64,000 bases of DNA from positions 33,170,001 to 33,234,000 of the forward strand of contig NC_043013.1 of assembly GCF_006345805.1 (NCBI RefSeq). The letters run 5' to 3'. The notes under the pieces were generated by a model that searched no databases, was not told where the DNA came from, and worked only from the letters and a program-made list of their open reading frames with translations. This document shows positions 1 to 12,895 of this stretch, in pieces. Numbering within the stretch: position 1 is the stretch's first letter; each line of letters begins with the position of its first letter. This DNA is from Octopus sinensis. Its lineage: Eukaryota. A program made the translations under genes and the position numbers.

Positions 1-236
1 TACTTGGTAAATGATAATCACTCAACGGAACTGCTAAAATGGACAAGGCATTCTCCACAAACAAGATCCAAATCTTGAATGTTGCTGCTATCAAAATTCA
101 AATGTCTGGTCATTTTATGTGAGAAAGACGCTCTTATTCAGTTGAAGAATTGAATACCAGTTAAACAACGGGGTCGATGTAATCTTGATGTAATCTCAGG
201 CCTTGTGCTTGTAGTAGAAAGGATTCTTATAGTTAA

Positions 237-425
237 GGCAGCGAGCTGGTAGGATTATTAGCACGCTGGACGAAATGCTTAGCAGCATATCGTTCGTTTT
301 TATGTTCTGAGTTCAAATTCTGCCGAGGTTGTCTTTGCCTTTCATCCCTTCGGGACCGATAAATTGAGTCTCCTTCCCACCAAATATCAGGATTTGTGCA
401 TTTAGTAAAAAGGATTATTATTGTT
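237..425 (+). mobile_element. tRNA-derived SINE, family 'B' (GGCGGCGAGCTGG... head), diverged; the 3' end of another copy precedes it at ~155-230
   Basis: Head ggcagcgagctgg...tagcacgctgg, B-box-like gagttcaaattc, body gccgaggttgtctttgcctttcatcc, (TTA)-like tail; the same sequence recurs at 27610, 46200, 54300-54813, 57560 and 61225. Confidence 0.75.
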
Positions 426-1114
426 ACAGTTGTTATTTTTTTACCATACTTTGTCCTAATCTGATGTTTGTTGTCCAATATTAGATATGACTATTCAATT
501 TAATATCTAAGGTGAGAAAGAGAGAACGAGGAGGGACAGGGGGAAAATAGATAGATAGAAAGATAGATAGATAGATAGATAGATATAGAGAGAGAGAGAG
601 AGAGTGGTTGGTATAAAAAAGCGAAATGGGGGTGAGAGATCAATAGATGAAAATAAAAGCGATAGTCAAGGAAAAGATGATAGCTTGGCCATGAGGTTAC
701 CTCGTGTTTCTCATTAAAAACCATTCACAATATGCATATACAATACAGTTCAGTCACATCGTACAATTAAAGGAATTCTTATGAAAATGTATACATTTAT
801 ACAAGATGTACTCTTGTTGTGGTAGAAGATTTTGTTGTGGCTGATGTTTATTAAAGTGTGTATATATATATATATAAATGTATATGGTTGAAATTTTTTC
901 TATGCAAATATGTATAAATGAGAAGACCCATATTAAAAGTGCAGAAGACTTTTTACAAATAAGCAGAAGACCCCAAATATTCCTCCTCCTCATCATCATC
1001 ATCGTCGTCAACGTCACCACCATCATGGTTGTCAACATAACCAATGTCGTTATTATTATTGTTGCGGCTGCTGCTGTTGATTTTTTGCATTTATCAAGGT
1101 GTTATTTTAATAAC

Positions 1115-1157
<43 letters not shown>

Positions 1158-1177
1158 ATATATAATGTAATATATAT

Positions 1178-1211
<34 letters not shown>

Positions 1212-1289
1212 CGTACTTACATACATACAGAGACACAAACACCTATGTAAATATATATGCATATATATATATATATTATATATATATAG

Positions 1290-1323
<34 letters not shown>

Positions 1324-1599
1324 TATAAATGAATATATATGAGACATACAGATAAAAGTATATAACATTTTAGTATTAATCTATAAACCGTCTATGATGA
1401 TAGTGGTGAAAGTGATGGTGAAGGAAAAGAAGAGGCGAAGGTGGAAGAGAAGTGTGAAAGGGGAACATAAATGGTAATATGTGATGCTATACGTTTCTTC
1501 GTCTGTTTCCCTATCTACACAACCTCTTACTCTCTCTCCGAGCATTAACTGGTGCCTGAAACAACCTATTAACGGAGTGAAGTATATCAACTCCCATAA

Positions 1600-1633
<34 letters not shown>

Positions 1634-2019
1634 GATATATATATAATATATATTTATATTATATATATATATCTATATATACTATATATATGTTTATATA
1701 TATATGTGCACATAAATACACTGTACCTTTAAACAACACACATAAGAGACATCCATCATAGGCTCCTTGCACGCTAGAGAGAACAGTCAAATTCCAGACC
1801 ACTATTAGGGATAAAATTTCGAAGTGAATGAAAAAAAAAATTACCATCTAACTCCTCCTTTTGTGTGTTTAAATGTACACTGTATTTATGTGAATAATAT
1901 ATATAGTCTATTGACTAAATTTTTACACGCTAGAAACTGGTAATAGAAATTTCTAATATTTCTGATTACTCTTTGATATTATTAATTAATTATATATATA
2001 ATATATATATATATATATT

Positions 2020-2051
<32 letters not shown>

Positions 2052-2090
2052 TATTATAGATATATATATATATACATACATATATATATA

Positions 2091-3317
2091 CAAGGGGCGT
2101 TCAATAAGTAATGCCCCTGACCTACTTGCAGTTGTTTATACCTCTATAGAGTAAATGGCGAATTACAGCTCTGAACTAATTGTGGTTTCTGATGTACAGG
2201 TGTTTGAACTGAGTCAAGTGTGAAATGGAGCCTGTTGAGTGTCGAGCAGTGATCTGGTTTTTGTATTTGAAAGGACGCACATCACGGGAGACTTTTGATG
2301 AAATGAAAGTAACTTATGGTGATGATGCCCTATCATATGACCTTGTAAAACGCTGGCATTGTGAATTCAAACATAGTCGGAACTCTGTGGAAACAGCTCC
2401 CAGATCTGGTCGCCTCCTTCTGCCGTTGATGAGACGTCTGTCCGTCAAGTTGAGGCTGCCATTTTGGAAGGTCAACTCATAACTATTCGCCAAATAGCCC
2501 ATAAGGTCAAGATTAGTACCGGGTCTGTGGAAACTATCATTCATGACCATTTGCATATGCAAAAGGTGTCTGCCAGATGGATTTCCAGGTTGCTCACACC
2601 TTTCCAGAAGCAAGAACGCGTTGAGTGCTCGAGGATGAATTTGGAGATGTGCCAAGAAGATGAGTCAAAATTTTTCAAAAGACTGATTTCACAGGATAAA
2701 ACCTGGGCCATCACTATGATCCATAGACCAAAGCCCAGTCAATGCATGAAAGCACCGTGACTCACCTCTCCAAAGGAGGCAGGGTGCAGCCCTCCGCTGA
2801 CAGGTTATGCTCACAGTCTTCTAGGACCAGGACGGAGTAGTGATGACAGATTTCCTGGCAAAGGGTACCACAATTACAGGAGCCTATTATGCTTCACTTT
2901 TGAGGAAATTAAGAGAAGCTATCAAGAGGCGGGGCAAGATCAGCAAAGGCATCTCCTCCTGCAGGACAACGCTCTCGGTTCACAACTCGCGTGTCGCCAG
3001 ATCAGAAGCACAGGCGTGCAGCTATGAACTCCTCCCCTTGCACCCTCTGATTTTCACCTCTTCCCAGCCATGAAGTTGATTTTGAAAGGAAAGCGTTTCC
3101 CAGATGAATGCAGCCTTGATTTCTGAAGTCACGTCGTGGTTGGAGGACCAAGCTGGGGTCTTCTACAAAAACGGTCTCCAGAGCTGTATCAAACGATGGG
3201 AGAAATGCATAACTCTGGGTAGTTCCTATGTAGGAAAAGACTAATAACTGTGCCAAGTGTCGTTGCTCTACTGCTATGGGAAGTGGGTCAGGGGCATTAC
3301 TTATTGAACGCCCCTCG
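2091..3317 (+). mobile_element. Full-length mariner (Tc1/mariner DD34D type) DNA transposon, inactivated
   Basis: 37-bp TIRs (2091-2127 caaggggcgttcaataagtaatgcccctgacctactt versus 3281-3317, 2 mismatches) with TA on both flanks; transposase remnants inside. Confidence 0.95.
2225..3240 (+). pseudogene. Mariner transposase pseudogene (frameshifts, deletion)
   Basis: HTH start MEPVECRAVIWFLYLKG; WISRLL (WVPRxL motif); QDKTW (D1); QDNA at 2962 (D2); ELLP-LAPSDFHLFP with the HPPYSPD part deleted; split across ORFs 2225-2482, 2464-2760 and 2840-3073. Confidence 0.92.
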
Positions 3318-3717
3318 TATATATAAATTTATGGCTTGTCCTTGCTTAGAATTTTTTTCACAACCACATGGTTCCGGGTTCAGTTCTACTGTGTTGCATA
3401 TTGCGAATATAAATTGTAAAATAGTTTCGCGCCTAAGAAATTCTTCTTAGTGCATCTGATTGAAAGAAACTGAAAGTTCAATATATATATATATCAAACG
3501 TATAGGAAAATTTTTCAATTCTTTACCCATTTAGTATCTGTTCACTACTGTACTATTCTGACTTCGCACGTACGGACACTACAGTTGTATGCATAATGAT
3601 GAAGATGAAACTCTGAGCATGTTTGCGTTGTGTTCTCGGTACGTATATCAGTTTCATAATAAGGCATTTTTTACCAGCAACCTTACAAAGCGGCTAATTA
3701 ATCAATTGATTAATTCA

Positions 3718-3756
3718 CTTATTTGATAATTAAAATCGAAACTCACGAGTATAAGG
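3718..3756 (+). ncRNA. Degenerate hammerhead-like motif with UUGAUAA (U3:A8) core
   Basis: CUUA-U-UUGAUAA-(UUAAAAUC)-GAAA-CUC-AC-GAG-UA-UAAG; helix II not formed. Confidence 0.3.
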
Positions 3757-3959
3757 TTTACTGAATTTTTATTGAACCTAATGCCCGCAATCAGCGTACA
3801 TTAAGAAATTTATTTGTGGTTTGGGTTATGACTGCCCTTTCTAGCGTGTAAAAGTTCTATCGATGGTCTTATCTTCGTGTATTTATGCAGTATTATACAT
3901 ACTAATATATATATATCTATAGATATGTTGTATATGTGTGTCTGTCTTTGTGTGTATCG

Positions 3960-4030
<71 letters not shown>

Positions 4031-4131
4031 ATATATATAAACATACATACATACTATATATATACATACATACGTACATATATATATATACATACATACA
4101 TACATACATTCATACATATATATATATACAC

Positions 4132-4330
4132 ACAAATATTCTATAATTATAAACATAATTATAATAAGGGGTCAGCTAATCCCTTCATTATGCACCGAAT
4201 TTAGAATAGGAGACAAAATGCATTTTCCACTACCATATGGTAGCGGAAAATGCATTTTAACTCCTATTTCTAAATTCAGTGCGTGGCGAAGGAATTAGCC
4301 GACCCCTTATAATAATTATAGAATATTTGT
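4132..4330. repeat. ~200-bp imperfect palindrome between (TA)n-rich tracts (fold-back element or inverted pLTR junction)
   Basis: Arms of ~100 bp centred on ccatatgg (4233-4240); e.g. taaggggtcagctaat versus attagccgacccctta, aaaatgcattttcc versus ggaaaatgcatttt. Confidence 0.85.
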
Positions 4331-4450
4331 AGAATTTTACCCCAAAAGGTTATTCTAACGTACCGAACTACTTGGTAAAATTATTAATTATTAATTAATT
4401 AATTAATTAATTGATTAATTAATTATTTTTCCCTTTTATCATTATCATTA

Positions 4451-4486
<36 letters not shown>

Positions 4487-4934
4487 GATGGATGATAAGG
4501 CAATGGACGTCCCGGGATATGTTGTTAACCACAGAGCCAAGTTATGTTACCATAGCATTGTTAGACTGAAATCCCGTGGAAAGATTAAAGCGAAACCACG
4601 TCCGTCTATTGAAAGCTGAATAACGAATAGGTTACTGAAGAAGAAGCAGTCATAAAACAATGATTTCTCTGTAAACATATGTTGTTTACCAATACTGGAC
4701 ATGATTACGTTTGCTGGCTTGCTCGAAGCCCACAGCTACGGTTTACTAATTCTCATTATTTCACGCATTTACTTGAGTGTATTAGCAAACTTGGCGCACA
4801 AAATCCCATTCCTTGAAAGATTAATCAATGCTCACAAACCATACGCACAGAAATATGTACGTACATGATTACATACACAAACACATACATATATGTACGT
4901 AGACACACACACACATCTAAAGCTAATTATGTAT

Positions 4935-4939
4935 ATCTG

Positions 4940-5038
<99 letters not shown>

Positions 5039-5100
5039 GTCTGTCTATCTATATGTCTGTCTATCTATCTATCTGTCTGTCTATCTATCTGTCTGTCTAT
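4935..5100. repeat. (TATC)n/(TGTC)n microsatellite
   Basis: Direct reading. Confidence 0.95.
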
Positions 5101-5145
5101 CTCCCTCCGAACTTCTCTTTCTCTTTCTTTCTCTCCCTTTCTCTC

Positions 5146-5200
<55 letters not shown>

Positions 5201-5259
5201 GACAAAAGACGTGTAGCAGAGCTCAAATGATTCAAACTGAGACTCTGATGTCTTTGCAG

Positions 5260-5324
5260 GGGATCAATACCACGGGGTAAAGTATGGCTGTACGAGGGAT
5301 CAGGTGGACTAGATACGCAAGCAG
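5260..5324 (+). CDS. Candidate 65-nt internal exon (GSIPRGKVWLYEGSGGLDTQA)
   Basis: tctttgcag acceptor, cag|gtatgc donor, only one open frame; no homology verified. Confidence 0.3.
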
Positions 5325-5675
5325 GTATGCACATAAACACATTAGATATATTTAAAAAAATAGTTTAGGTACGAAATACAAAATATGTATATGGAAACTT
5401 TCAGACAATGAATAATTAATTATAAATATATAAATATGTATATTAATAGATTAATGTTATGTAAGTCCAACAGCTGTTTCTAGGGCCTCGAGATCCATCA
5501 TAATGTTGGTAGATGTAATTCATCTGAATATGCGGTTACACTGTTCCTTTGCCAAAAATGTATGTTGCACATCATAGAATTTTCAAGAATATATTTCTTG
5601 AATGATGTCCGCTGACCGCTAGCTCCAAAAGTACATGTAAAAAATATTCTCTCTCTGTTTATTTACTCGTGATTC

Positions 5676-5711
5676 TTTCTGCTAAAGAGCGTAGGCTCGA
5701 AACGTTAAACA
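5676..5711 (+). ncRNA. Hammerhead-like motif with altered core (CUGCUAA), in a probable Penelope pLTR remnant
   Basis: UUU-CUGCUAA-A-GAGC-GUAG-GCUC-GAAA-CG-UU-AAA: 4-bp helix II, ACGU palindromic helix III, 3-bp helix I. Confidence 0.4.
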
Positions 5712-5778
5712 TTTTCTCACGTTACCAAGCGTTAAACTAATACACATGTTTGTTGTGTATACACCTGTCTTCGTCTCC

Positions 5779-5843
<65 letters not shown>

Positions 5844-6048
5844 CCTATCTGTCTGTAATAAATTTAATTTTGTGAGTTTTCGGTGGCACAGAAGTATCTT
5901 TTGACTTCTATCATTGGCGATATAGGTACTCATGTAGTACCCTTGCGTATATATCTACATATCTGGTATTGTATGTATATATTTTATTAATTTGCCAATA
6001 CGGCTAATAATTCGCTTACCACTTGTGATGGTATTATAATAATACCAT

Positions 6049-6086
<38 letters not shown>

Positions 6087-6505
6087 AAGTGGAGGTACGT
6101 AGCATTTGATAAATCTATTTCAGTGGAGGTTTGCGCTGATGAAAGACATGAAATATATATTCATTATATTTCTAATCCAGAAACATGTTCGTAAATGAGC
6201 GTTAGACGTTGTTTTCGTTATTTATTCATTCTGTTTTGCATATGTGAATTACAGGGATATGTCGTATGTGGAGTCCCATTTGCAGAAAATAGAAATAAAC
6301 GGTTTATGACTGCTATTTCTAATTTTTTCGGTATGCGGCTAAGCAACCTGCTGCTTGCCTCTTTTATTTATATACAATATATATATACATATATATATAC
6401 TGAACTGTATAGAAGTTCCTACCGTTAATGGTTATATTACATGCCGAAATCTACCAGTAATAATTGTTGTTTTTTTTTAAAACCATTAAAAAATTATTTA
6501 CTCCT

Positions 6506-6550
<45 letters not shown>

Positions 6551-6554
<4 letters not shown>

Positions 6555-6705
6555 GAGTAATTTTTATTCTCAAACGCAGGATAATGCTAATAATAGAGCA
6601 CGAACAGGATAAACTAACCGTGTTTATACAAAAGAGGGGTAGTTTATCCTGTTCATGTTATATTATAAGCGTAATCCTGCGTTTGAGAATAGAAATTACT
6701 TCCTT
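6551..6705. repeat. ~155-bp imperfect palindrome (MITE-like fold-back) starting at the end of a (TA)n tract
   Basis: attctcaaacgcaggat versus atcctgcgtttgagaat; gaacaggataaacta versus tagtttatcctgttc. Confidence 0.85.
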
Positions 6706-7269
6706 AAGTTTCTAGACATCTCAACGCTTCTAATGCAAACTTTGTTTAGATATAAATATATATATTTATAACATATACATATATAATACACACACGCATA
6801 CGCACACACACATATATATATACCAAGAATCTAACGTCGAAAACAACGTATGAATGTTCAGTAATGAGGATAGAAAATAGAAGCAACTCCAACAAAATCG
6901 AAGCAACATTCCACCATATCACCCACCGAACTAGAATGTCACCAGGTACAAGCACAAGAATGGCACACGTATAAAAATACAATATTCACAGATAAAAATT
7001 CTGCAATAGGATTAATTTGTTTTCATTATTTACAATTTAAGGTGGCCGGGTGCCAAAATTTGAAGTCATTGCTTACAATTTGACTGTATACAGATAGAAA
7101 TTCTAAATTATACTTAATTTGTTCCTCTCATTTATAATTTTAATATCTACAAAAATGTTATTGAATTTAATAACTACCCATAAGTATTTTCTGTCTTGAA
7201 GGCTTTTCAGACAATTGACTACAAGTTTTCACAAGTCAAACTTACATTACTTTGTGCATCGTAAGCTTG

Positions 7270-8340
7270 GAGATTGGTAACTAAGCCAATATTTCATCGC
7301 CTGGCAAAGTCACAATGGAACAGTTATAGTTCGGCAAGCCTATTCGTATTTTGATAACTCCGCTTTCTATTTTCATGCAATTGGTTACGGTGACGGAGTA
7401 TTTGTGCTTCAAAAGTTACTAGATCTACGTAGCACCGTCGTCTCCAGTCATTTTCCGCTTTTATTTTGTCACAATGTCCTCCAATCATTATGTTTTATGT
7501 TGTAGCGAGTGAAATTATCTCTAAATTTCTCTTTATACTGTAATAATGTTTTGTCATTCTTGTGTCGTGAATGCTTTTAGTAGTCATCAGCATTCACTTG
7601 CAAAACGTGTCCACAACACCTCATTTGAGTCATGTTTCGGAATGTTTCTATGCTAGGGATATTACATATAGACAAGATATCATTTTCCCTCCTTCTGTCA
7701 TTCGACTTCATTTTATATATTGATCTCAGATATCTTATATGAGAGCTGTTTAATTGATTAGTATGCTTCAGATAAGGGGTCCAAGTCTCTGCCTCATACA
7801 AGATAGTTTTTAGGACGTCTGCGTTATTGATTTCAGATTTGGTTTTACAAGAGACATCATGGACGTTCCGGAGACTCTGGTAAAATTTTCCGAAACCTGA
7901 AGTTGCTTTATCTATACGCGTTACAAGTTTCTTTCTCAAGCTTAGCATCATTTGCCAAAGTAGAGTTAAAATAGGTGAAAGAACTAACTGTTTTAGACCT
8001 TTTCCTTCTGCTTACATTCTAGGCCTAAAGTCTGGACTATTGCCGAGACATGGCTGAATGAAGCGTTAGGTTTACGAATGCAAAGTATATTTGCTGATGT
8101 GTTGAGGAGTAGCACATCTGAGACAAAATTTAATTTTGAATTAAAAGTAGAACTAATGACCTAAACATTATCGGTAACAAAGACAAATAATATGTGATTT
8201 GTTTAAACCCCCGTTAACTGAGGAATAGCGTCCAATGAATCGTCTCTTCATAATATTGAGTGTTAGAAAAACACTAAATGTCTCAAAGTAGGCGATACAA
8301 AACGCCCCGAAGGTAAAAGAGAACGGTGGATATCAATAGT
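7270..8340 (-). mobile_element. Decayed RTE-clade LINE, RT C-terminal region
   Basis: ORF 7577-7951: RIDKATSGFGK...KTILYEAETWT...HIRYLRSI...RCCGHVL matches the RTE RIxKAxxAFG / LLYGxETW / LRWxGHV pattern; FTYF(LG)STL-like motif upstream. Confidence 0.8.
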
Positions 8341-8534
8341 TCGATAGATATTACAGTCTATGTTTTTCGATATTCCACGTTTCTTTTTAACACTATGCAT
8401 CGTGAAGGGGTATTTCCCACTACGCTATCCCGCAAGTAATAGGCTCCTAAACAAAACACATGCACCACGCATGTGTCATCGATAATGTTTGCATTATTAG
8501 CGCTGCTTTTAATCCGATACTATATATATACACG

Positions 8535-8634
<100 letters not shown>

Positions 8635-9591
8635 AGGACACACTTGTGACGAGTTCCTTCAGTTCTCCTTTGCCAAAGCCACTCACGAGGCTTTGTACTG
8701 TCCCGGGTATTGTAGAAGACATTTACGCAATATAACGTGTAGTGGCACTAATGCCATGAGCACATCTTACCCACGCTGAGTTATACTTCTTAGTTCGCGA
8801 TTTATTCCGGATAAACCATTAACGAAGAGATTCTAAAACAAAGTTACAATATGTTTCAGAAATTCGTTTGATAATCCTATTTTTTGAATTCCAACCTATA
8901 TTTTTACATGCAGGGAAATGGCTTGGTATCTTAATCTCTCCGATGTTTCCAATTAAATTGCTATGAACGTATGTAAGTTTTTCTTCAGTCGATCTTTTTC
9001 TTTTTTTTTTTTTTGCAAAAGACGTTTATTGTTTCTACATAAAATTCTGAACAACAGACTGGTAAGCATAACAAAAAAAAAAATGGTGGTATTAGTGGAT
9101 TGTTGAATGAACGTAAACATAGAAACAATTTAAAAGACAATAAAACAGCATGAAAAATGTCAGCTATGAAATAGTGCAACTTGGGTTAGGAAGCAAGCAT
9201 ATAGACACATCATTATACATATATAAACGCATACATCTATGTATATACACATACGTACACACGTACAAATACACATACATACACGCACACGAACACTCAA
9301 TCACACAAATATATATATCTATATATGTATATATATATGTTCCGACCAATGTGTACGGGCAAACATGTATATGCAATTAAATACGCATACACAGAAAATT
9401 ATTATGAGACTTCTAGTGTTATTTTTCAAATCATACTCAATCCATATTTTTTTTTATTTTCTGCGTTAGTGCCTATGTAGGTATACATATCAGCATATAT
9501 ACAGAGAGCAACATATATATATATATATACGCGTATATATCATATATGTATATACATATATATAAGTACATTATATATATAGTTATGTATA

Positions 9592-9627
<36 letters not shown>

Positions 9628-10012
9628 ATATTATACATATATATATATATATACATATATATATAATACATATATATATATATATAATATAATATATATA
9701 TATATATATATACATACATATATATATGTGTTACATACATACATACAATATATATGTATATATGCTACATGAGAGAATCCGTGTGAAGCAGAAGGAGGGA
9801 GAGAGAAAGAGAGAGAGACAGACAGACAGAGAGGGCGTATCTGATAAAACCTCGCATTGAGTAATTATGAGTCAGGTCGGCACAGAGAATTGATAAAGTG
9901 AATGAAAGAAAGATTGAGAGGCAAATTACACATCATGCAAGACTTATATACAGGCAAATACCTCCACACATATGTGATATTGATATATATGAATATGCAT
10001 ATATATGTATCG

Positions 10013-10063
<51 letters not shown>

Positions 10064-11333
10064 TATATATTTATGTACAGTTCAGATGTATATTGATGTG
10101 TGTGTATGTGTGTGTGCGTGTGTAAGTGAGTGTGTATATCACTGTGTGTGTGCGCTCGTGACCATGATAGTGTATGGTTATATGTTTGGAGAGAGCAACT
10201 AAGAATGTAAGGAGAGAGTTAGTGAGTGATGGAGAGAGTAACTCTATGTGGAAAAGCTGTTACGAATGTTGCAAGAGAATACGATGAGACAACTGCGAAA
10301 CAGCGAACAAGATTTGCACGACTATGTATATAAAAATTACGAAAGCCAGCAAATCCATGAGAATCCATGGGGTTTAAGTGCGGAAATGAGAAATATAATT
10401 CTTCATTTCCGTATTTTTATATATATTTATATTTATTTTTTTTTCTGCTTTTCTTTAAATATTATTTCTGTTCCTATATGTTAAGCAACGTCTATTTGTG
10501 TGTGCTTGCATATATGATGGTATATACACATATACATGCTATGTGTGTATATATGCATGTATATACTTATATATATATGTACGTATATATATATAAATGT
10601 ATATGTATATATATATACATGTTATATATATGTGTGTATATATATACATACATGCATACATAGATATATATATATATACATAGTCATATATACATAGAAA
10701 ATGTACATAAATTGATATACATATGCATAAATCATACAAATATATACACACACACTCACACACATACTCACACATGCACACATACATTCACACATATATT
10801 GATATGTATTTATATATATATATATATACACATTTATAAATGTATTTATGTAGGTGTGTATACATATATGTGTGTATTAAAACTCTGTTTATGAGGGCTG
10901 TGTTTGCTGTATAGTATGTTGGAGAAGAATGATGCTCTAGTTTTATTGAGCAGTGATGGTAACAAAACAAACAATATGATATCTGGAACAGAAAAAAAAA
11001 CTGCATGAATTATATAAGTAAAGTAGAAGATGGCACCTTTGGATATATGGCAATTCAAAAATTAGCAATAACAAATATATACAATTATAGCTACATACAC
11101 ACATACATATCTATATATATGCGTTCATACAACCATACAAACGCACAAATATACTTACACACATGAATGTGTGTGGGCATGTATCTTTGTAAATTTCTCT
11201 TTCTGTTTCAAGCATTAAATGTAATGCAAGTTTCTTATATATTGATCTCTCACGATTTAGCTCCCCGTGGATTTTGCGGGAAAATAATTATACGCAATGA
11301 TAACAACAACAACAACAATAATAATAATAATGG

Positions 11334-11371
<38 letters not shown>

Positions 11372-11961
11372 GTGTCGATGAGGATGTTGACGATGACGAT
11401 TGTGTTACTAATAGCAGCAACAAACGTAATATTCGTCACCATTTATGAAGAATGCTGAAGACCATCAATTTTGGAAATGGGCATTTGTCAATAATATCTT
11501 CCCAATGTTTCAAATTGTACTTTGGTATTATGGGGAAAAAATAAGGTTAGAATTTAGATTGTGCAAAACTCAGCTTTGCCATTAAGAAATATACTAGTAT
11601 TTACTGAAATTATTACAGCACAAGCATAACGCCGTGCTTTTACGCATGATGTCCGATAAACAAAGACCAATGATATAAATGGACACGCGATATCAATAAA
11701 AAAGGAATATACTATTTCTGAACTCGACAGCTGTTTCAAAAAGCTTCATAGTATTCATAAAGCTCGATATAATAATCGTATTTCTCATAATTAGAAGATG
11801 GAATATGCAATAAGTTTGATGTATTTTTAAGTATATCTTTCTGAATATATCTAATTACACACACACACACACACACACGCACACACACACACGCACACAC
11901 ACACACACACACACACCACGCACACACATACTCATATCCGTGTATCTATATATTCTTTCTT

Positions 11962-12215
11962 TTACTCTTTTACTGGTTTCTGTTATTTGATTGCGGCCAT
12001 GCTGGAACACCGCCTTTAAGGTGGTATTCCAGCATGAAACACCACCGCAGTGTTCCAGCCTGGAAATTGATTCCAGGACTTATTCTTTGTTAGTCTAGTA
12101 CTTTATCGGTCTTTTCGTGCTGAATCATTGGTTTACAGTCACGTAAACACAACATCGTTTGTCAAGTGATGGTGAGGGGACAGACACAGACACAAAGACA
12201 GACACACACGCATAC
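11962..12215 (-). mobile_element. SINE family 'A', 3' half
   Basis: Reverse complement of the 3' part of the 41063-41432 copy (gcggccatgctggaacaccgccttta, ggacttattctttg, tactttatcggtc). Confidence 0.8.
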
Positions 12216-12895
12216 ATATCTATATGTGTGTGTATGTGAGTACGTGCATACGTGCGCAGATATATAATTTTGAGATCTACTCTCTTAAAGTATCTATTCT
12301 CGGGTGAGAATTCTGCGGATGAATTAATTTACTAACACCTAAAACCTGAAAGATAGATGTAAACTCTGTTTACTACGAGGCAATTTTTACCGCTCTCTAA
12401 CCGCTCCCTTAACATTGTTTTCACCCTGTCCCTAAGCAACGTTCAGCAACATATCGTAACTAAAGAGTGGCATTGACAAAGCATTCATAATATATTCTAA
12501 CAGGTTTATTTTACATAGCATAGCTTTTCTACAATCTAGCAAGCTACGATGTAAACTTTCATTTGATTATCTAGAGATAGAAAACTAACGATAAATTTAG
12601 ACATATTCACAAATTATATACTACATTAATGATACATGCATTTTGTCTCTCCGTACAGTAACTGTAGATGACTTGCCATGACACACACAGACACACATAC
12701 ATACATGCAATGTGAGGTCACAAGAATGTATCCTGTGGGAAACATGTAAATGCCAGTAAATTGGTTTATATATGTGTGTGCGCTGCACGTGTTTGTATGT
12801 GTGCGTATGTGCATATATATGTAATTAGCCGACAGTAAGGCAAATAAACAAAGGTATGCCTCAGACGTATACTTATACGGAGTACGAAATATAAA

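Noticed and set aside
3810-4204. YIYI/HTHT/CVCV/YLSI-rich ORFs here and throughout the track (e.g. 21827-22483, 42474-43267, 61637-62272)
   Set aside because: They are translations of (TA)n, (CA)n and (TATC)n microsatellites that lack stop codons.
8914-8972. Exon candidate with good AG/GTAAGT signals
   Set aside because: Stop codons in all three frames.
11720-11755. gaaacagctgtc motifs (also ~5465, ~13350) and a decayed motif at ~48190-48230
   Set aside because: Core missing or multiply mutated; cannot be called ribozymes.
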